A model generated the notes under the pieces. That model had not been told where the DNA came from. It was given only the letters and a program-made list of their open reading frames with translations, and made no database searches. Below are positions 49,665 to 62,395 of a DNA stretch of 64,000 nucleotides, piece after piece (within the stretch, counting starts at the first letter, position 1; each line of letters begins with the position of its first letter). The position numbers were made by a program, and so were the translations under genes. Source of the DNA: Gekko japonicus (taxonomy: Eukaryota); the NCBI RefSeq assembly GCF_001447785.1, contig NW_015165283.1, positions 62,001 through 126,000 of the forward strand. Direction: 5' to 3'.

Positions 49665-52600
49665 TGAAAAGTACTGAGACTTACTAGTGATTTCAGCTCT
49701 CATACTTTATTTCAGCTCAGAACAAGACGAGAGACCCCAGCTCGCAGGCTGGTTTATATGTGCACAAACCCCGCTCCCCAAACACACCCACACACAAGTC
49801 ATTGGCTATTTACAGTGGCCGAGAGTTCCTCAGATCCTGGCCTGCCGATAGGTGCCGGCTAGGATCCGTTTGTCCCATTGTTACTGAGAGTGAAGCTCGG
49901 TCGCTTCGCCTGACCGCGTGGCGAAATGGCCGTGCATGTGGTCTGATATGGATACATTACACCCCTCCCCCCTTGGTCCAAAAGACACACACACACATAG
50001 TCCTGCAAGTAGGAAGGAGCTTTACGGGTTCTCGTAGAGCGGCAAGGTGCGGGAACTGGGGTGGAAGGTGACACCGGAGCACTCGGCTGCGAGGTGGGTG
50101 GTGTTGGCAGTTGGGGTGCTGGTAGCGCTGTTTCTCAGGGCCTGGTCGTGTGGTCAGCAGGGGCCTCGATGGAAACCTCACTTTGCTGGGCCAGGTTGTC
50201 TGGTAGCTGAGGCGGAGTGGGAATCTCCAGGGTGTCTGGGTCCTCGCACTCCTCGGGGTCGCGTGGCAGTACCTGTCGCCGCAGCTGATCGATGTGGCGT
50301 TGAAGTATCTGGCCGTCTTCGCTGGTGACGTCGTAGGACCTGGATCCCCAGACTCTCACCACCCAGACCGGAATCCATGGCGGGCCTTGCGCATAGTTCC
50401 GGGCGTAGATCAGGTCCTCGGGAAAAAGCCCTCTGGCCGACTCGGGTGACTCCATGGCCAGTTCCTCTTCTGGTGCTCGATCGGGATGAAGGTGGTCCAG
50501 CCGGGTCGTCAGGTGCTGTCCTAACAGGAGCGCTGCTGGGCTGTGTCCCGTCACGGTGTGGGGCATCATTCTCTGGCCAAAGAGGAATGCAGCCAGCTTG
50601 TAGTCCCAGTCCTTGCTGTCCAGGTGACGGAGCACCTCCTTGGTCGTCCGAATCATGCATTCGGCTTAGCCGTTGGTTGCTGGGTGGAATGGGGCCGATC
50701 TGACGTGGTGAATTCCATAGTAATGGGTGAAGTCCTGGAATTCGCTAGAGGTGAAGGCCGTGCCGTTGTTAGTGACCAGGGTGTCGGGAATACCCTGGGC
50801 CACATGGCCTGGATGGCGGCTCTCGAGGAAGTGGACAGTACTGTAATGACCTCGAGCCATTTGCTGTACGCAATGTGCCACATGGCCTGGATGGCGGCTC
50901 TCGAGGAAGTGGACAGTACTGTAATGACCTCGAGCCATTTGCTGTACGCATCCACGAGTATAAAGAATATTTGACCCTGGAACAGTCCCGCAAAGTCCAA
51001 GTGGAGCCGAGACCAGGGCTTGTGCGAGGACTCCCAGGCTCTAGCGGGAGCCCAGGGAGGCTCGGGCCGGGATTCTTGGCAGGGCTGACAGCTCTTGACC
51101 CGGTCCTCAATGTCCTGATCCAGCCCTGGCCACCAGACATAACATCTGGCCAAAGCTTTCATCTGGCCATATGTCTTGTGGAGCTCCGTGAGGACTCTTT
51201 CCTCGTAAAGGGGCTGGAATCACCACTCTGCCTCCCCACATCACACAGCCTTTGTGGGCTGACAGCTCATCCTTGTGGGATGCAAAGTCCATGAAGTCCG
51301 CCCCCCCGGGGCTGTAGGCCACCCCCTTCTCACCCAGTCCAAGACGTGGCACAGGATCGGGTCTTTGGCAGTGCGGGGCGCCACTTCCCGAATGTGCACC
51401 GGTTGACCGGGAAAAGCCTCCAAAAGCGCAACTTGATGAGCGGGAGCCAGGTCTGGATCCTTAGACGGCAGCGGAAGATGGCTCAAAGCGTCAGCATGTC
51501 CCATTGCTTTCCCAGGCCGATGGATGAGCGCATACGAGTAACCTGCCAGGAAAAAAGACCAGCGGAGCACCCGGGGAGACGTCATCTGGGGTTTTTGGCG
51601 TTCTGGGGCCAGGAGGCCGAGGAGCGGTTTATGGCCCGTCAGGATCATGAACGGCTGACCGTACAAATAATGGTGATTTTTTCACCCCTGCCACAATAGC
51701 CAGTGCCTCCTTGTCAACCTGCACATAGGTACGCTCGGCAGATGACAAAGTGCGAGAGTAATAAGCAACTGGGACCTCCCGGCCATCCAGTAACTGGTGG
51801 CCCAAGACCGCCCTGACCCCGTACGGAGAGGCATCGCAGGCCAGGACCACAGGAAGGGCCTCATTGAAGTGGGAGAGGACCGAGTTGGAGACCAGAAGGT
51901 CCTTTACCGCCTGCCGATAGGTGCCGGCTAGGATCCGCTTGTCCCATTGTTATGAGTATGAGGAGCATATAGCAAAAAACATAAAGACCAACAATAAATC
52001 TTCCTTCAAATACATTAGAAGCAGGAAACCAGCCAGGGAGGCAGTGGGGCCCTTGGATGACCAAGGGGTAAAAGGAGTANNNNNNNNNNNNNNNNNNNNN
52101 NNNNNNNNNNNNNNNNNNNNNNNNNNNNNNNNNNNNNNNNNNNNNNNNNNNNNNNNNNNNNNNNNNNNNNNNNNNNNNNNNNNNNNNNNNNNNNNNNNNN
52201 NNNNNNNNNNNNNNNNNNNNNNNNNNNNNNNNNNNNNNNNNNNNNNNNNNNNNNNNNNNNNNNNNNNNNNNNNNNNNNNNNNNNNNNNNNNNNNNNNNNN
52301 NNNNNNNNNNNNNNNNNNNNNNNNNNNNNNNNNNNNNNNNNNNNNNNNNNNNNNNNNNNNNNNNNNNNNNNNNNNNNNNNNNNNNNNNNNNNNNNNNNNN
52401 NNNNNNNNNNNNNNNNNNNNNNNNNNNNNNNNNNNNNNNNNNNNNNNNNNNNNNNNNNNNNNNNNNNNNNNNNNNNNNNNNNNNNNNNNNNNNNNNNNNN
52501 NNNNNNNNNNNNNNNNNNNNNNNNNNNNNNNNNNNNNNNNNNNNNNNNNNNNNNNNNNNNNNNNNNNNNNNNNNNNNNNNNNNNNNNNNNNNNNNNNNNN

Positions 52601-53408
52601 NNNNNNNNNNNNNNNNNNNNNNNNNNNNNNNNNNNNNNNNNNNNNNNNNNNNNNNNNNNNNNNNNNNNNNNNNNNNNNNNNNNNNNNNNNNNNNNNNNNN
52701 NNNNNNNNNNNNNNNNNNNNNNNNNNNNNNNNNNNNNNNNNNNNNNNNNNNNNNNNNNNNNNNNNNNNNNNNNNNNNNNNNNNNNNNNNNNNNNNNNNNN
52801 NNNNNNNNNNNNNNNNNNNNNNNNNNNNNNNNNNNNNNNNNNNNNNNNNNNNNNNNNNNNNNNNNNNNNNNNNNNNNNNNNNNNNNNNNNNNNNNNNNNN
52901 NNNNNNNNNNNNNNNNNNNNNNNNNNNNNNNNNNNNNNNNNNNNNNNNNNNNNNNNNNNNNNNNNNNNNNNNNGGATAAAAGGAAGTACTTCTTTACCCA
53001 AAGAGTGATTAACACTTGGAATTCACTGCCACAGGAAGTGGTGGCGGCTACAAGCATGGACGGCTTCAAAAGGGAATTAGATAAGCATATGGAGCAGAGC
53101 TCCATCAGTGGCTATTAGCCATAAGGTATAGACAGGGGCTCTGGGGCAAGTGATGCTCTGTCTTTTTGGTGCTTGGGGGGGTCAACAGTGGGAGGGCTTC
53201 TAATGTCCTGGCCCCACTGGTGGACCTCCTGATGGCACCTGGTATTTCTGGCCACTGTGTGACACAGAGTGTTTGACGGGATGGGCCTTTGGCCTAATCC
53301 AACATTGGCGTCTCTTATGTTCTTATGTTACTGAGAGTGAAGCTCGGTCGCTTCGCCTGACCGCGTGGCGAAATTGGAGCGCACGCGGTCTGATATGGAT
53401 ACATTACA
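49665..53408 (-). mobile_element. Gypsy (Mag/K02A2.6-like) LTR retrotransposon, internally deleted
   Basis: 5-bp TSD aaaat on both sides; 3' LTR 49665-49961 with PPT gggggagggg; RNase H LACDASPYG...EALAIV, HKPL, ADALS; integrase MKALARCYVWWPG, PWSRLHLDFAG, VDAYSKW, PFHPATNG; 5' LTR pieces at 51909-51952 and 53326-53408. Confidence 0.95.
51953..53325 (+). mobile_element. CR1 LINE inserted in the Gypsy 5' LTR (mostly N-gap)
   Basis: EYEEHIAKNIKTNNKSSFKYIRSRKPAREAVGPLDD; 3' UTR like 29200-29920; tail cttatgttctta; tgtta duplicated on both sides. Confidence 0.9.
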
Positions 53409-53516
53409 AAAATGTTTGTAATAACTGATTCTTTATCTAAACAATTAGCCTTGGAGTGGTGCCCCATTATGACAGATCTGCAGGTGAAGAAACTAGGACT
53501 TTCCATCAGGCTTTTG

Positions 53517-53933
53517 TAGGGTTGCTAGGCCCCCACTAGGGGTGGGAGTCCCCCTGTTTCAGAGCTGCTCCCCCCTGGTGCTGATCAGCTGGCCAGTGGA
53601 GGACTTACCAGTCGCATAAGAAGACCTAGGCCTTTGTTGCTGGCAATGTGGAGATATCACTTCCAGTGCACATCAGAAGTGACATCATCACATCACTGGT
53701 GATTCATAGCCACACTGGTATTTGGGCAAAACCTCTATGGTAGTAGTAACTTTTGTCATAGAGTTTTTGCCAAAATACCAGAGTGTCCCATGTTGCTGGC
53801 GATGTGATGAGGTCTCTTCTGGTACACACTGGAAATGACATCACTGCATTATCGGCAATGCTGGCATAGGTTTCTCTTTGCTTCTGGTAAGCCCCCCCCC
53901 CCGCTGCTTGCCAGGGTGTACATGGCAATTCTA
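53517..53933. mobile_element. Longer TAGGGTTG-family hAT MITE
   Basis: Termini tagggttgctagg / tggcaattcta; internal inverted segments (gacatcac/gatgtgatg, tggtatttgggcaaaa/ttttgccaaaatacca). Confidence 0.65.
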
Positions 53934-54229
53934 AGGCTGTGTGAAAACATGCATGCATGAAATGCTGCTTCCGGTATCCTGCCCTGTTTGAATACACAGA
54001 AAATAACCTGCTAAATAGGCTTGAACTGATCACAAACAGCCAATCAGCTAAAAAATATGCCTGAGCATTACTAATATTTACTTCTAAAAATAGATACCGA
54101 ACTTCTACAAGGATTGTAACAAACCAGCCAAATGACATCCACAGGAGGATAAAATTCAATAATAAAATCCAAACAAGATCATATGCAAAAATCCACCCCA
54201 CAGTCAAAACAACAGGAAAACAAATACCT

Positions 54230-54440
54230 TTTGCAGAAAACCAGCCATGAAGGCTCCTTCAGTCAGTCATTCCATAAATTTGGCATCAGCAATTGGGATG
54301 GCAGCAGAAGACCCAACAAGCCTAGGTAGAGGAATGGTGACGAGAAGGTGACTTGACAAGCATAGCTGGTCTTCATATGGGGAAGGATGGTCCTTTGGAT
54401 ACATAGGCCTTAGGTTGTAAATGGCTTTAAATGTGAATAG
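54230..54440 (-). mobile_element. Old L2 3' fragment
   Basis: catatggggaaggatggtcctttggatacataggcc...ggctttaaatgtga parallels the L2 at 26960-27040. Confidence 0.55.
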
Positions 54441-56740
54441 TTATTTCAGAAAATGGTTTGCATCCTTGTGCATTATTTACTTATTTACTCATTTAAATGG
54501 TTAATTGTACATTATTTCTGTTTGGGAATGAGCCTTGTGCTTCATTTTGTTCACATTATTATGTGGGAAACTAGGCTGATCTACATCCCTATTCAAAGAG
54601 CTTGCTTGTTATTGCTCATCTAATTCTGTGTGCAGTGTGTTGACTGGGCTGTTGTGCCTCAGCTTCTTCCTATGAAGCATCATAATCACTGTGCAACTCT
54701 GTATTTCCATTTCTGAGATAGGCTTACTCATGAAAGATGTTGCTCAAAACACACTGTGTTTGCTTCCCTATCTTCCCTTTCCAGCAGATCTGTGGTAACT
54801 ATTCAGAAATCTGTTGCTGTATTCAACTGCAAATACGCAAGTTTAACCCCACCACACCCCCAAATTAAAATTAAGATGACTTGTTGGATCTGTAGCAGTA
54901 ACATGCAAAGAAAGTTTAGAGTCCTTAGTGAAACACTTTGATGGATTTCAGACAGCCGTTTCAGGAACTGGTTACTAACGGTTAACCTTGTCATTTCAGA
55001 CAGACCTGTTTTAGTAACTGGTTCCTAATGGAATATATTTACCTGTTCCCATTTGGGAAGCGTGTCTGAGGCATTGTTGATGAAAATTGCTTTCCTCAGG
55101 TCTTCAATGCCTTCTTCTGGATCTGAATAGCTACAGTGAGCTGTGTAAAATACTCCATAGCGCTTCCTACAGTGATGGGTTTTTCGCACCCTCCCCCCCC
55201 GGCACGCAATCTCTCCTCTCTTTTTTTAATGCTCTATTGGGAGCACTATAACACTGAACAGGACATCAAATCAGTGTCATAGCTCTCCCACTAAAATGTT
55301 CAAAAAAACACACCACCTTTCAGGGAGATCGTGCGTGCGGAGGAAAATGGTGGGAAAAGAAAGTGGCACAGTTTGAAATGGCCACAGTGCTTCAGAGACA
55401 GCTCCTCACTGGAAGGGAAATGCTGTGTGAAACAGCCATCCCTGTACCAGTTTCCTCCATGATGGGCCAGTAACAGAAACCATGTGGTTTAAAAAGGTAA
55501 TGTGAAATCAACTTTTCTGTTCCTTGACGCCAGCTATTGCTGTGATACTCAGAAAAGCTCAAGATGCTGGAAAAATCCTTCCAGGACCAGAAGTACCATA
55601 TGTTGTGATTACAGTGTGGGTACAAAGTAATCATGTGCCTATAGATCTGCAATATACAAAGCATTCTATATATAGTATTCTTTTATGGCTGCAAATGGGA
55701 TTACCTTATCATTCTAATGGCAATTAAAATCTTTCAGGCTTGTTCCAAGGAGCTGCATGTTGAAGCTATCATTTCTCAGAGCTTGTTCACTGTCAGTCTC
55801 ACAGCTTTTTACTCAAATAGGTGACAAATTAATGGACTAACATGTGCCACTTTTAATCTTACAGTGTTTAACATTCGGTGACAATAACATTTCCCCTTCA
55901 AATGCAGCATATGCTTGGGAGGACCTGACATTTTCTGAAATGTCCTACATCTCATCCACCAGGGAACTTTGCCATTGCTACAAATGAATGTTGCTTTTTA
56001 TATTAAAATATTTTAATAATATCCTTTATATAGCTCAGATTGACATTTCCACCTCCTCAGCCTCACACATTCTGATAAAACAGCCCTTTCATGACAAAAT
56101 TAGTGTTTTAAGTGCATACAGTGTTTTTTTAATTATAGGGAAAATAGGCGGATTAGAAACAAACCCACAAAATGATTAGCTTAAAAAAGCTACACTCTGA
56201 TTTTATTATTGATATTTGTATTGTAATACTTCTGAAGGATAGAATGATGGTGGCACACTTTTCCAGAATGACCAGCACTCTTCTTTATATTGCATTCTAC
56301 AAGTACTTCGTCACAGTTTGTCCTTTATTTATTTATTTTATTTATTTATTACTTTTGATTTATATCCCTCCTTGCCAGGTCAAGCTTGGGGACTACCACA
56401 GGAGGGGCCACATATCATGATGATCTGTAGAGCTAGTGGATAAATGATTGTAACTAGTTAGCAGAAATGAGTGAATTTCTCCCATTTCATTCTTTTACTG
56501 ATCTGGATTTCCTTCTGTGCCACATTCTTTTCCTTCTTAATTCCAGTAAACTAGAAGAATTTCTAAAATCAATGCTTAAGTTAGAGAGTGTACAGTTCAC
56601 AAAAGGCTTTAGTTCCTTCCATTGTACTCCCCCACATTATCAATGCACATGTATACAAAAAAGCCATCCTGATGTGTCCTGTGTACTGATTCACACATGT
56701 GCTCTTGTGCAGTGGCAAGATACCACACAGCAGTAATCTT

Positions 56741-56782
56741 GGTGTCTGAAGAAGTGAGCAGTGACTCACGAAAGCTCATACC
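56741..56782 (+). ncRNA. Minimal type I hammerhead ribozyme motif (Penelope-associated repeat)
   Basis: GGTGT-CTGAAGA-A-GTGAG(cagtga)CTCAC-GAAA-GC-TC-ATACC: stem I GGUGU/AUACC, stem II of 5 bp, complete core, palindromic AGCU helix III. Confidence 0.75.
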
Positions 56783-57084
56783 CTGCCACATATTTTGTTA
56801 GTCTTGCTCTTTTCTCCTGTATCTTGATTCAACTGAATCCTGATCATATCACATCAAGATTTTTTGTAGTGTTTTATCAGTATACCCATCGCACTGGAAA
56901 CAAGGGATGAAAAATCTGAAAACACACAGAAGGAAATTGTGGCAAAAGAAATGTGCAACATTCTGCGAAAAATGGAGGATTTCTAATGTATCACTTCTGC
57001 TACAGAAAGAAGATCAGGGAAGTCTAACCTCCAAAATGAGATTAATTTCAAAACAATTCTTATTACTCAAAACATGCATTGACT

Positions 57085-57290
57085 TCCTGGAAAGAAAAAG
57101 GCCATTCTGCATCCAATCAGACCAAAGGCCATCCAGTCCAACAGTAAGTCTCCAGCTATAACTAGCTGAATGTCTTTAGGAGGTCATAAATAGATTATGA
57201 TACTGCGTCAGCCACCTTCTGCTGGTTTAGACTTATAGATTTTAGAGGCATGCTGCTTCTGAATTTGGCAGTCCCTCTTGGCTATTATAT
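57085..57290 (-). mobile_element. Old CR1 3' UTR fragment (a similar one lies at ~41370-41590)
   Basis: atcagaccaaaggccatccagtccaaca...agaggcatgctgcttctgaa. Confidence 0.5.
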
Positions 57291-59451
57291 CAGTGTAAAA
57301 GTGAAAACTGGGACCCCACAAAAGGGTGCCCCTCCATTTCTGGTGATTTTTCACATCCTCTTATGAAATGTTGTAGAATTATTAACAAGTTAAAGGTGAT
57401 GAGTATTGGAAGAAGGGGATGTGTGTGTGTTGCCCTTTGCCTATAGAGCCAATTGCTCCCTTGCTGCAATACAGTTATGGATAGAGGACTATTGTGGCAA
57501 AATATGGAAGGGATATATCTTCAAATGCTCATCCCATTAATAGGTGCACAGGGTGGATGGATGGTATCCACATTTCATCTGCACTGCATTGTTTGCACAG
57601 TGCTGCTAACTCTACATCTATCCATATGTACGTTCCCATCCATATTATTGTATAATTCATCACAGATAAACAGGGATGAATAGAACTGAATCAGGGCAAA
57701 AAATCTTGCCATTCAGTATTGCAGGTAATGAAACGTTGGCTCAGTTTCCTTCAGCTTGTACACATTATCCTGCATTCACAGTGCAGTGGGAATGTTGCAT
57801 TTGCCCTCATTGATATTGTCGGACAGCCAGCCAAATCTGATTGGTTTTCTGGTGTCATGAGGTTATTACATTCACTGATTGATTTGTATCGCACAATAAA
57901 GAAGATATTAGCCTTTTAAAGGCTCTGGTTGCATTATATCAAGGCTGTGAACTGGTGAGAATGAAAAGCAAAAGACTGCTAAGGAAGGGAGTTGTTGAGG
58001 GGGGGATACATCTCTTTCCCCTTGAAAATGTGTGAGTTCAAAAAATTTAGTGCAGCAATAATATTTTCTTATAGGAATGTATTTCCCTGTCTTTTATGAG
58101 AATATTCAGTTCTCCAGAATAAGAATGTATTATTTTCTTCCATGCGACCCTAAATGATAGGGGCCCTAGTTATTTGGATTAGGGATGTGCCCTTTAGCTG
58201 CTCAGTCAGCAGGCAGTTGCTAACCATTCTGCAATGGGAATACTGGATAATGACAGGATAGTGATAACTGGTTTTAATTATATTGCACTCTGGCTCTACC
58301 ATATTGACCTCAGCCACCATCTGTGCTCTATCACAGAAGCACAGAACTAAATCAGCAGGATGCCCCTAAACTCAATGGCAATTTATGTTGCTCATGAATG
58401 CCTTAATAGACATTTATCTGATCGATTAGCAGAGTTTACCTGGACTGAAGTCTAGTGATGGTCTGTTGCCAATGTTTTGATAGCTTGTTGGCTTATTTGC
58501 AAAATGGGTACATAAAAGTGAAGTGCAGTGGAGTCCCATGAAAATCAAAAGAAACCAATGTCTTCACAGAGCAAAGTATCTTCAGACACAGCAGCTGCTT
58601 GACCAAAAGAATATTTATGTATTTGTCTGAAACTTATTATCTGTTTCACACTGTAAATCTAGAAATGTTTCAATGAAATCAATATTATTGTATTATGATA
58701 AAATGGACATCAGCAAATGCATATGCATCAGATATCTTGATCGTGAGAAAGACATTGGAATGTGAGTTTAATCATCTTCAATTCATGAAAGTGTTCTTTA
58801 ATGAAGAGGACATTGGGTTAGATCTGATAACAGATTGAGAATTTTTGTTTTCACAGCTATATAGAAACATTACAAGGAGGATACCTTCAAAACCATTGTC
58901 TAGTATTCATATAGCTCCCTCATCAGTGAATTATTGAGAAGAAGATTAAAGTTCAGCACTTGCCATTTAGATCACTTGTGAATCCAGGTAGACTCTTCCT
59001 TGAAGTTCTTTTCAATAAGGCTTTGACCTGAAAGAGGCATTGAAGTATTGTTGGGCACCTTTGTTCTTCTGAGTACAAGATGCCAAAGGCATTGAGTTCT
59101 CACCTCTTTTGAACTCACTTGACAAGTGCATTAACAAAGCTTTCATAGCTTGGTCATGAAAGTGGTTGCATCAGTTTTTGGAAAATAACAATAACATAAA
59201 ATATGTGACAGACTCAAGTGGTTCACTGATTAAAGCTTTTCTTATCGAACCAGGCATATTATTTCAGAATCAACTTGCAAAGTGGAGAGTAAGCCATTTT
59301 TAGTGCAACCAACACCCCTTCCCTAGGCCTGGGGGAACAGATGGAAATTATTTGAGTCATCACATAGAAACATAGAGCTGGAAAGGACCCCCAAAATGTG
59401 AGGATCCCACCCTCTCCTTGGTTAGTGGAGTCCCCATCTTGTTTGAGACTT

Positions 59452-59500
59452 AGATCAAGATGGTTAGCCATGTTAGTCTGTCTGTAGCAGTAGAAAGGAG
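59452..59500 (-). mobile_element. Terminal fragment of the Penelope-associated repeat seen at 56741-56830
   Basis: The reverse complement tttctactgctacagacagactaacatggctaaccatcttgatct resembles the downstream flank of the hammerhead copy (cttttct..ctg..atcttgat). Confidence 0.5.
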
Positions 59501-59762
59501 CTTTCTACTTTGTACTGATCTTTTCTACTGTTCTTTCCTACTATTTTGGACTTAGTTGTTTTAAAAGGCACCCCCTTTTACAGCCTAAGTGCCAAGGATA
59601 GCTGAAACTAGGGAGTCTCATAAAGGCACCTGGGTTCTTCCATGACAGGGATAAGACCCAGGGATAAGAGAGGAAGGTTATGCTGGCATCACAAACTGAT
59701 TAAGTGCTATCTACCCTAGCTCAGAGTTCTCAATCACAATAAGACTTAATTCTCAGTAACAA

Positions 59763-60022
59763 AAGAGGAGGAGAGATGGGTTTATACCCCACCCTTCACT
59801 TGGAGTCTCAGAATAACTTACAATCGCCTTCCCTTCTCGTCCCCACCACAGACACTCTGTGAGGTAGATGGGGCTGAGAGAGCTCTGAGAGAACTGCTCT
59901 TGAGAGAACAGTTTGAGAGAACTGACCCATGGTCACCCAGCTGGCTGCATGTGGAGGAGTGGGGAATCAAACCCAGTTCTCCAGATTAGAGTCCACCTCT
60001 CTTAACCACTACACCAAACTTG
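59763..60022 (-). mobile_element. Squam3-like SINE
   Basis: Homologous to 31361-31633. Confidence 0.9.
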
Positions 60023-60591
60023 GCAACACTAGAATATCCTGGTATATCTCAGAGGTGTCTGCCCAGTCCATGGAAGTTGCTATTTCATTAACCAACATCT
60101 GGTTCCTCTTTTTTCTTTTTTTTACTCAATCAAGAAGGGCACTCAAGTCATTAATTTATGCTCCATCCTGTTTCATGAGCTATCTTGATTCACCTAAACT
60201 TTTGTGTCAATACAGATCTAGCTCACTTTAACCTACTTAAAGTATGTTAATCATGTTGTTTCACCCAGGCTGATTATGCTCATGCAGATTTGGCTCACAA
60301 TAGCCTAATCAAGGTATTTCCCCCACTTTCCCCACCAAAGTTTGACAACAGTTAACGTTAACTGATTTTGGAGCAATCAGGTTCCCGGGAAAGTGGGTTC
60401 CCATGTCTAGCTATAGCTTCCCCGTAAAAAGACCATCCCAACTCAGTGGAAAGTGTGCCAGGTTCCCCATTACCTGAAAACTCATGCAACTGTGTGGCAG
60501 GCTCCTCTCCAGACCTCAAGCCCAGGATTTCAGGTCATATGTCCCTTCCCTAAAACTTCCTCATTTCCTCTGTGCTACCTTTTATATTCCA

Positions 60592-60665
60592 GTGCTGAAG
60601 ACAGGAGGGCCTGGCGTGATGTGATCCATGGGGTCGCAAAGAGTCGGACTCGACTGTGCAACTGT
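60592..60665 (+). mobile_element. BovB extreme 3' end
   Basis: gaagacaggagggcctggcgtgat.tgatccatggggtcgcaaagagtcggactcgactgtgcaactg matches 34935-35005. Confidence 0.88.
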
Positions 60666-60807
60666 AAGTGTGTGAGTGTGTGGTTACTTAGGGAATTAGT
60701 TCTTATGTGTCCAGTGTAGGTTCTTTATATTTTAACTTCTTTTATTTTATTTTGTGTACAATAAAGCTATTTGTTTGTGTTTAAAATCCCTCTCATGCTC
60801 TTTGTAA

Positions 60808-60880
60808 TTTTATATTTATTTATATTTACATTTATGTCCCACCCTCCCCACCATTCGGCAGGCTCAGGGCGGCTAACAGC
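60808..60880 (-). mobile_element. L2-type 3' tail (a similar one lies at ~56327-56400)
   Basis: (ttta)n followed by cccaccctccc...ggctcagggcggctaaca. Confidence 0.7.
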
Positions 60881-61061
60881 ATATATAAAAATACATTAAA
60901 ATTCCATTAAAACTGTCAATCAATATAAAATCATACAACTTGTATTAAAAGATGGCAAATCTTCCGATATTGACTGTCAACTGAACACTGTCCACCAGCT
61001 CACGCCCAGCTATAAAGCCTCGGTTGGTGGCACTGTTGGTACTTTTGGTAAAAACTCCACC

Positions 61062-61319
61062 CTCTACAGATGGATAACTCCAGAAGGACTTATCTTGAAC
61101 TACAAAGAAAAGAAGCAAAAGATTGGCTCTGTTACAAAGGTAAAGGCATTTTTGGAACAGCACCAAACAACAGCGAATGATGGAAGAGCAGAGGACAACA
61201 GCGTAACAGAAGAAAACATTGAACATACATCGAGAAGCAGTGAAAGTTCTTCAGGCAGTCGTCTAGAAGATTCAGACTCCAATAAGGGAATGACAGCTAC
61301 CAAGTTAATGAAAGCCTGA
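61062..61319 (+). pseudogene. L1 ORF1 C-terminal domain fragment with an acidic/Ser tail
   Basis: LYRWITPEGLILNYKEKKQKIGSVTKVKAFL aligns to YKWILLEGLLFKYKGKKEKIDSVMKAQEFL at ~43515-43605. Confidence 0.8.
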
Positions 61320-62017
61320 TTAACCTGTTTTTATAACTGGAGCACAGGCACCATCTTTGTCTTCAAAGCCCTCTGTGCAGACACATTTGAAGCCACCGGG
61401 AGTATTAATTTTGGGGTACGCCTACTGAGAGCCACTGTGATAAACATAGGTCAAAGTCCTGTACCATTCCTTTCTAGGACCCTTTTTAAAGCTAATTTCC
61501 CCTTCTCTGAGTTCAGTTTGGGTAAAAAAGGGTCTCCACCCCACTCCTTGATAGCATGAAAATGTTCCTGCAAGATAATCTGATTTTTGGAAATGAATTG
61601 TTGTAATGTTTGACCAATGAAGTTTAGGGATGAACAATGTTACTTTTTTTTGTAACTCTGTGGTTCTAGGAAAATTCCATGATGTCATTGAAAAATGTAG
61701 TCTGGATTCATCCCAATGATTGGAAATATAATGGACATTTCCTAATACATTGGCTTCATTTCAGAGAAAAAGGCCAAGTAATTTGGAAGTCAAAAAACAG
61801 GGGACAAATTGTGAAGAGAATTTCAGAAGTATCCTTAAGAAATCAGCAGTATCAAAAATGTACTAGCAGTTTTTAGAAACCGATTTAAATTAACAGTTCC
61901 CCTGGAAAGACTCAGTAGGTAGACTCTGCTTGTACTCAGAATCCAATTATCATATTGGAAAATACTCTGTTTCCTTGCATGGTAGATGAGCTGGAGCCTT
62001 ACTTTCTTTGGGGTATC

Positions 62018-62395
62018 TGTCAGCTATGCTGCCATGGCTGGTACGTATGCACGCGCAGTGGCTGATATAGTATTTCTTGTTATGCTGGAATGTTATCTTT
62101 CACTTCTTCTCGCGGGTCTTTTCTCCCAGCCTGGCTGTCTGACCTTGGTACCGCTCTCCTGATCTTTGCTGGGAATGTGAACCCGTTAGTTTAGGCGTGC
62201 TGTAACTATTTCCCTGATTGGCTTCATCTAATCAGGGGACCCCACTTTGAAACCTGTATATCTATTCACCTCCCACCTTTGCAATCAGTTCTGACACTAA
62301 ATGTATGCACAGAAGACTCACCTTTACTGTATTCAATAAACTTGAACTTCTCTGAAGGAATGTTGTTGAGAACTGATTGCTGCAAGACTCTGACA
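62018..62395 (+). mobile_element. Solo LTR (378 bp)
   Basis: TGTCAG...CTGACA inverted ends, perfect 5-bp TSD gtatc, TATA-like gtatat and AATAAA at 62335. Confidence 0.88.
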
